Assembly (NCBI RefSeq): GCF_009914755.1
Contig: NC_060926.1
Direction: 5' to 3' (one strand)
DNA from: the human T2T-CHM13v2.0 reference genome, Homo sapiens
DNA length: 64,000 bases
The position numbers and the translations under genes are program-made. Under the pieces are notes generated by a model. It worked only from the letters and a program-made list of their open reading frames with translations, was not told where the DNA came from and made no database searches. Below, one piece after another: positions 63,101 to 64,000 of this stretch. Every line of letters begins with the position of its first letter. Positions within the stretch are counted from its first letter, which is position 1.

Positions 63101-64000
63101 AAAGGGGAGGGCGGAGAGGGAGGGGAAAGCGGAGTGCTGCAGCGCGCGGGGCGGGGGCGGGGCTTCCGCGAGCGCCGCACATCCGGGAACCTGCGCGCCC
63201 CGCTGGGCGGCGAGTGCCGCGGCGCTCTGGCGAGCTCTGGTTGGGGAACGCTGAGCGCGCGGACCACGTTCGCCCCTCAGCCGGCCGCCCCTTGCGTGCA
63301 GGGTGGGGGGAGGCCAGGGGCGGGGGCGCGGACGTCGGTGACGTCGCGTGGCGGAGCCCTTCCGGTCATGTGGCTGGAGGCGGGCGGGGAAGAAGGCAAG
63401 GCTGGGAGGGGAAGGAGGAAATGCGAGGGTTCCCCGGCGGGAGGAAGCGCGAGGGGTGCGCGAGTGCTAGCGAAAGGGGGACAGGGGCCCTGGAGTGGAA
63501 GCCTTGCGGGAGAGGAGGAGCAGAGGAGCAGTCTTAGGGTGTCAGAACCACCCGGATGCCGCACCAAAAAACAGGAAAAATCCAAGTCCTGCGAGAGGCA
63601 GTCAAAGGTATCTGTGCATCCGTGTACCGACTTGGATCCACTACAGAATTGCACGGCCCATCAGGACTGCTGTCACCCCGGTGCAGCACCCGCAGGCCCA
63701 TCTGTAATATGAATTGGCAGAGTCAGGAACCAGGTTGCAAAGACAGAGAAGCGAGCCAAAGCTGGCCGCAGCCCGAGGCGTGGGGAGAACCTGGGCAAAC
63801 GAGGAGAAGGGATACTTCCCACTCGCAGAAAGACTTTCCACCCAGCTCTGCATTCCCATAAACCGTCCAGACTCCCCTTTGGCGGAGTCCATCAGTTTTT
63901 GTTTAAAAAAAGAAAAAAACTCGAATGTAGATTGCCCGCTTATCCTTTTAGTAGAGCTATATCCACTCCTGTGGCAATTATCTTCCCAGAAAATTCAGAT

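Larger units (their letters stand above)
62300..63500. promoter_or_regulatory. CpG island / TATA-less promoter of PPP3R1
   Basis: Very high GC and CpG density against an AT-rich background. GC boxes at about 63153-63162, 63317-63326 and 63379-63389; CRE-like GACGTC 63331 and TGACGTCG 63339; ETS CTTCCGG 63359; GTCATGTG 63365. Confidence 0.93.

Noticed and set aside
62303-63712. 469-aa plus-strand ORF and other overlapping CpG-island ORFs
   Set aside because: G/R/A/P-rich low-complexity translations, mostly with non-ATG starts; expected from stop-codon scarcity in GC-rich DNA
63895-63920. Possible site of a PPP3R1 promoter 5-bp indel I recall being reported
   Set aside because: Cannot be mapped from sequence alone; it may lie outside the window

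Overview
Human (primate) genomic DNA carrying the 5' part of PPP3R1 (calcineurin B1, regulatory subunit of PP2B) on the minus strand. The CpG-island promoter and exon 1 lie at about 62.3-63.5 kb, and exon 1 contributes only the ATG (62689-62691). Intron 1 is 34,999 nt. The 40-nt exon 2 (27650-27689) encodes GNEASYPLEMCSH, and more than 27 kb of intron 2 follows; exon 3 is not seen and should lie left of the window. The rest is AT-rich intron with about 29 Alus (one young AluYa5), old L1/L2/MIR fragments, MaLR/ERV solo LTRs, Tigger/hAT DNA-transposon fossils and microsatellites. I found no evidence for a new multi-gene system: the ORF-track hits are repeat-derived or GC-composition artefacts. 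The most promising signals are regulatory. (1) A perfect intronic 5' splice site next to a perfect hairpin, which could define an ATG-less alternative first exon giving a non-myristoylated CNB1. (2) A (UG)14 tract just downstream of the frame-critical exon 2. (3) A candidate recursive splice site. (4) A consensus CTCF core. (5) CRE-like and M-box motifs in the promoter that could form a calcineurin feedback loop. (6) Several clean nested-transposon histories. Repeat names come from remembered consensus sequences, not from a search, and old-repeat boundaries are approximate.
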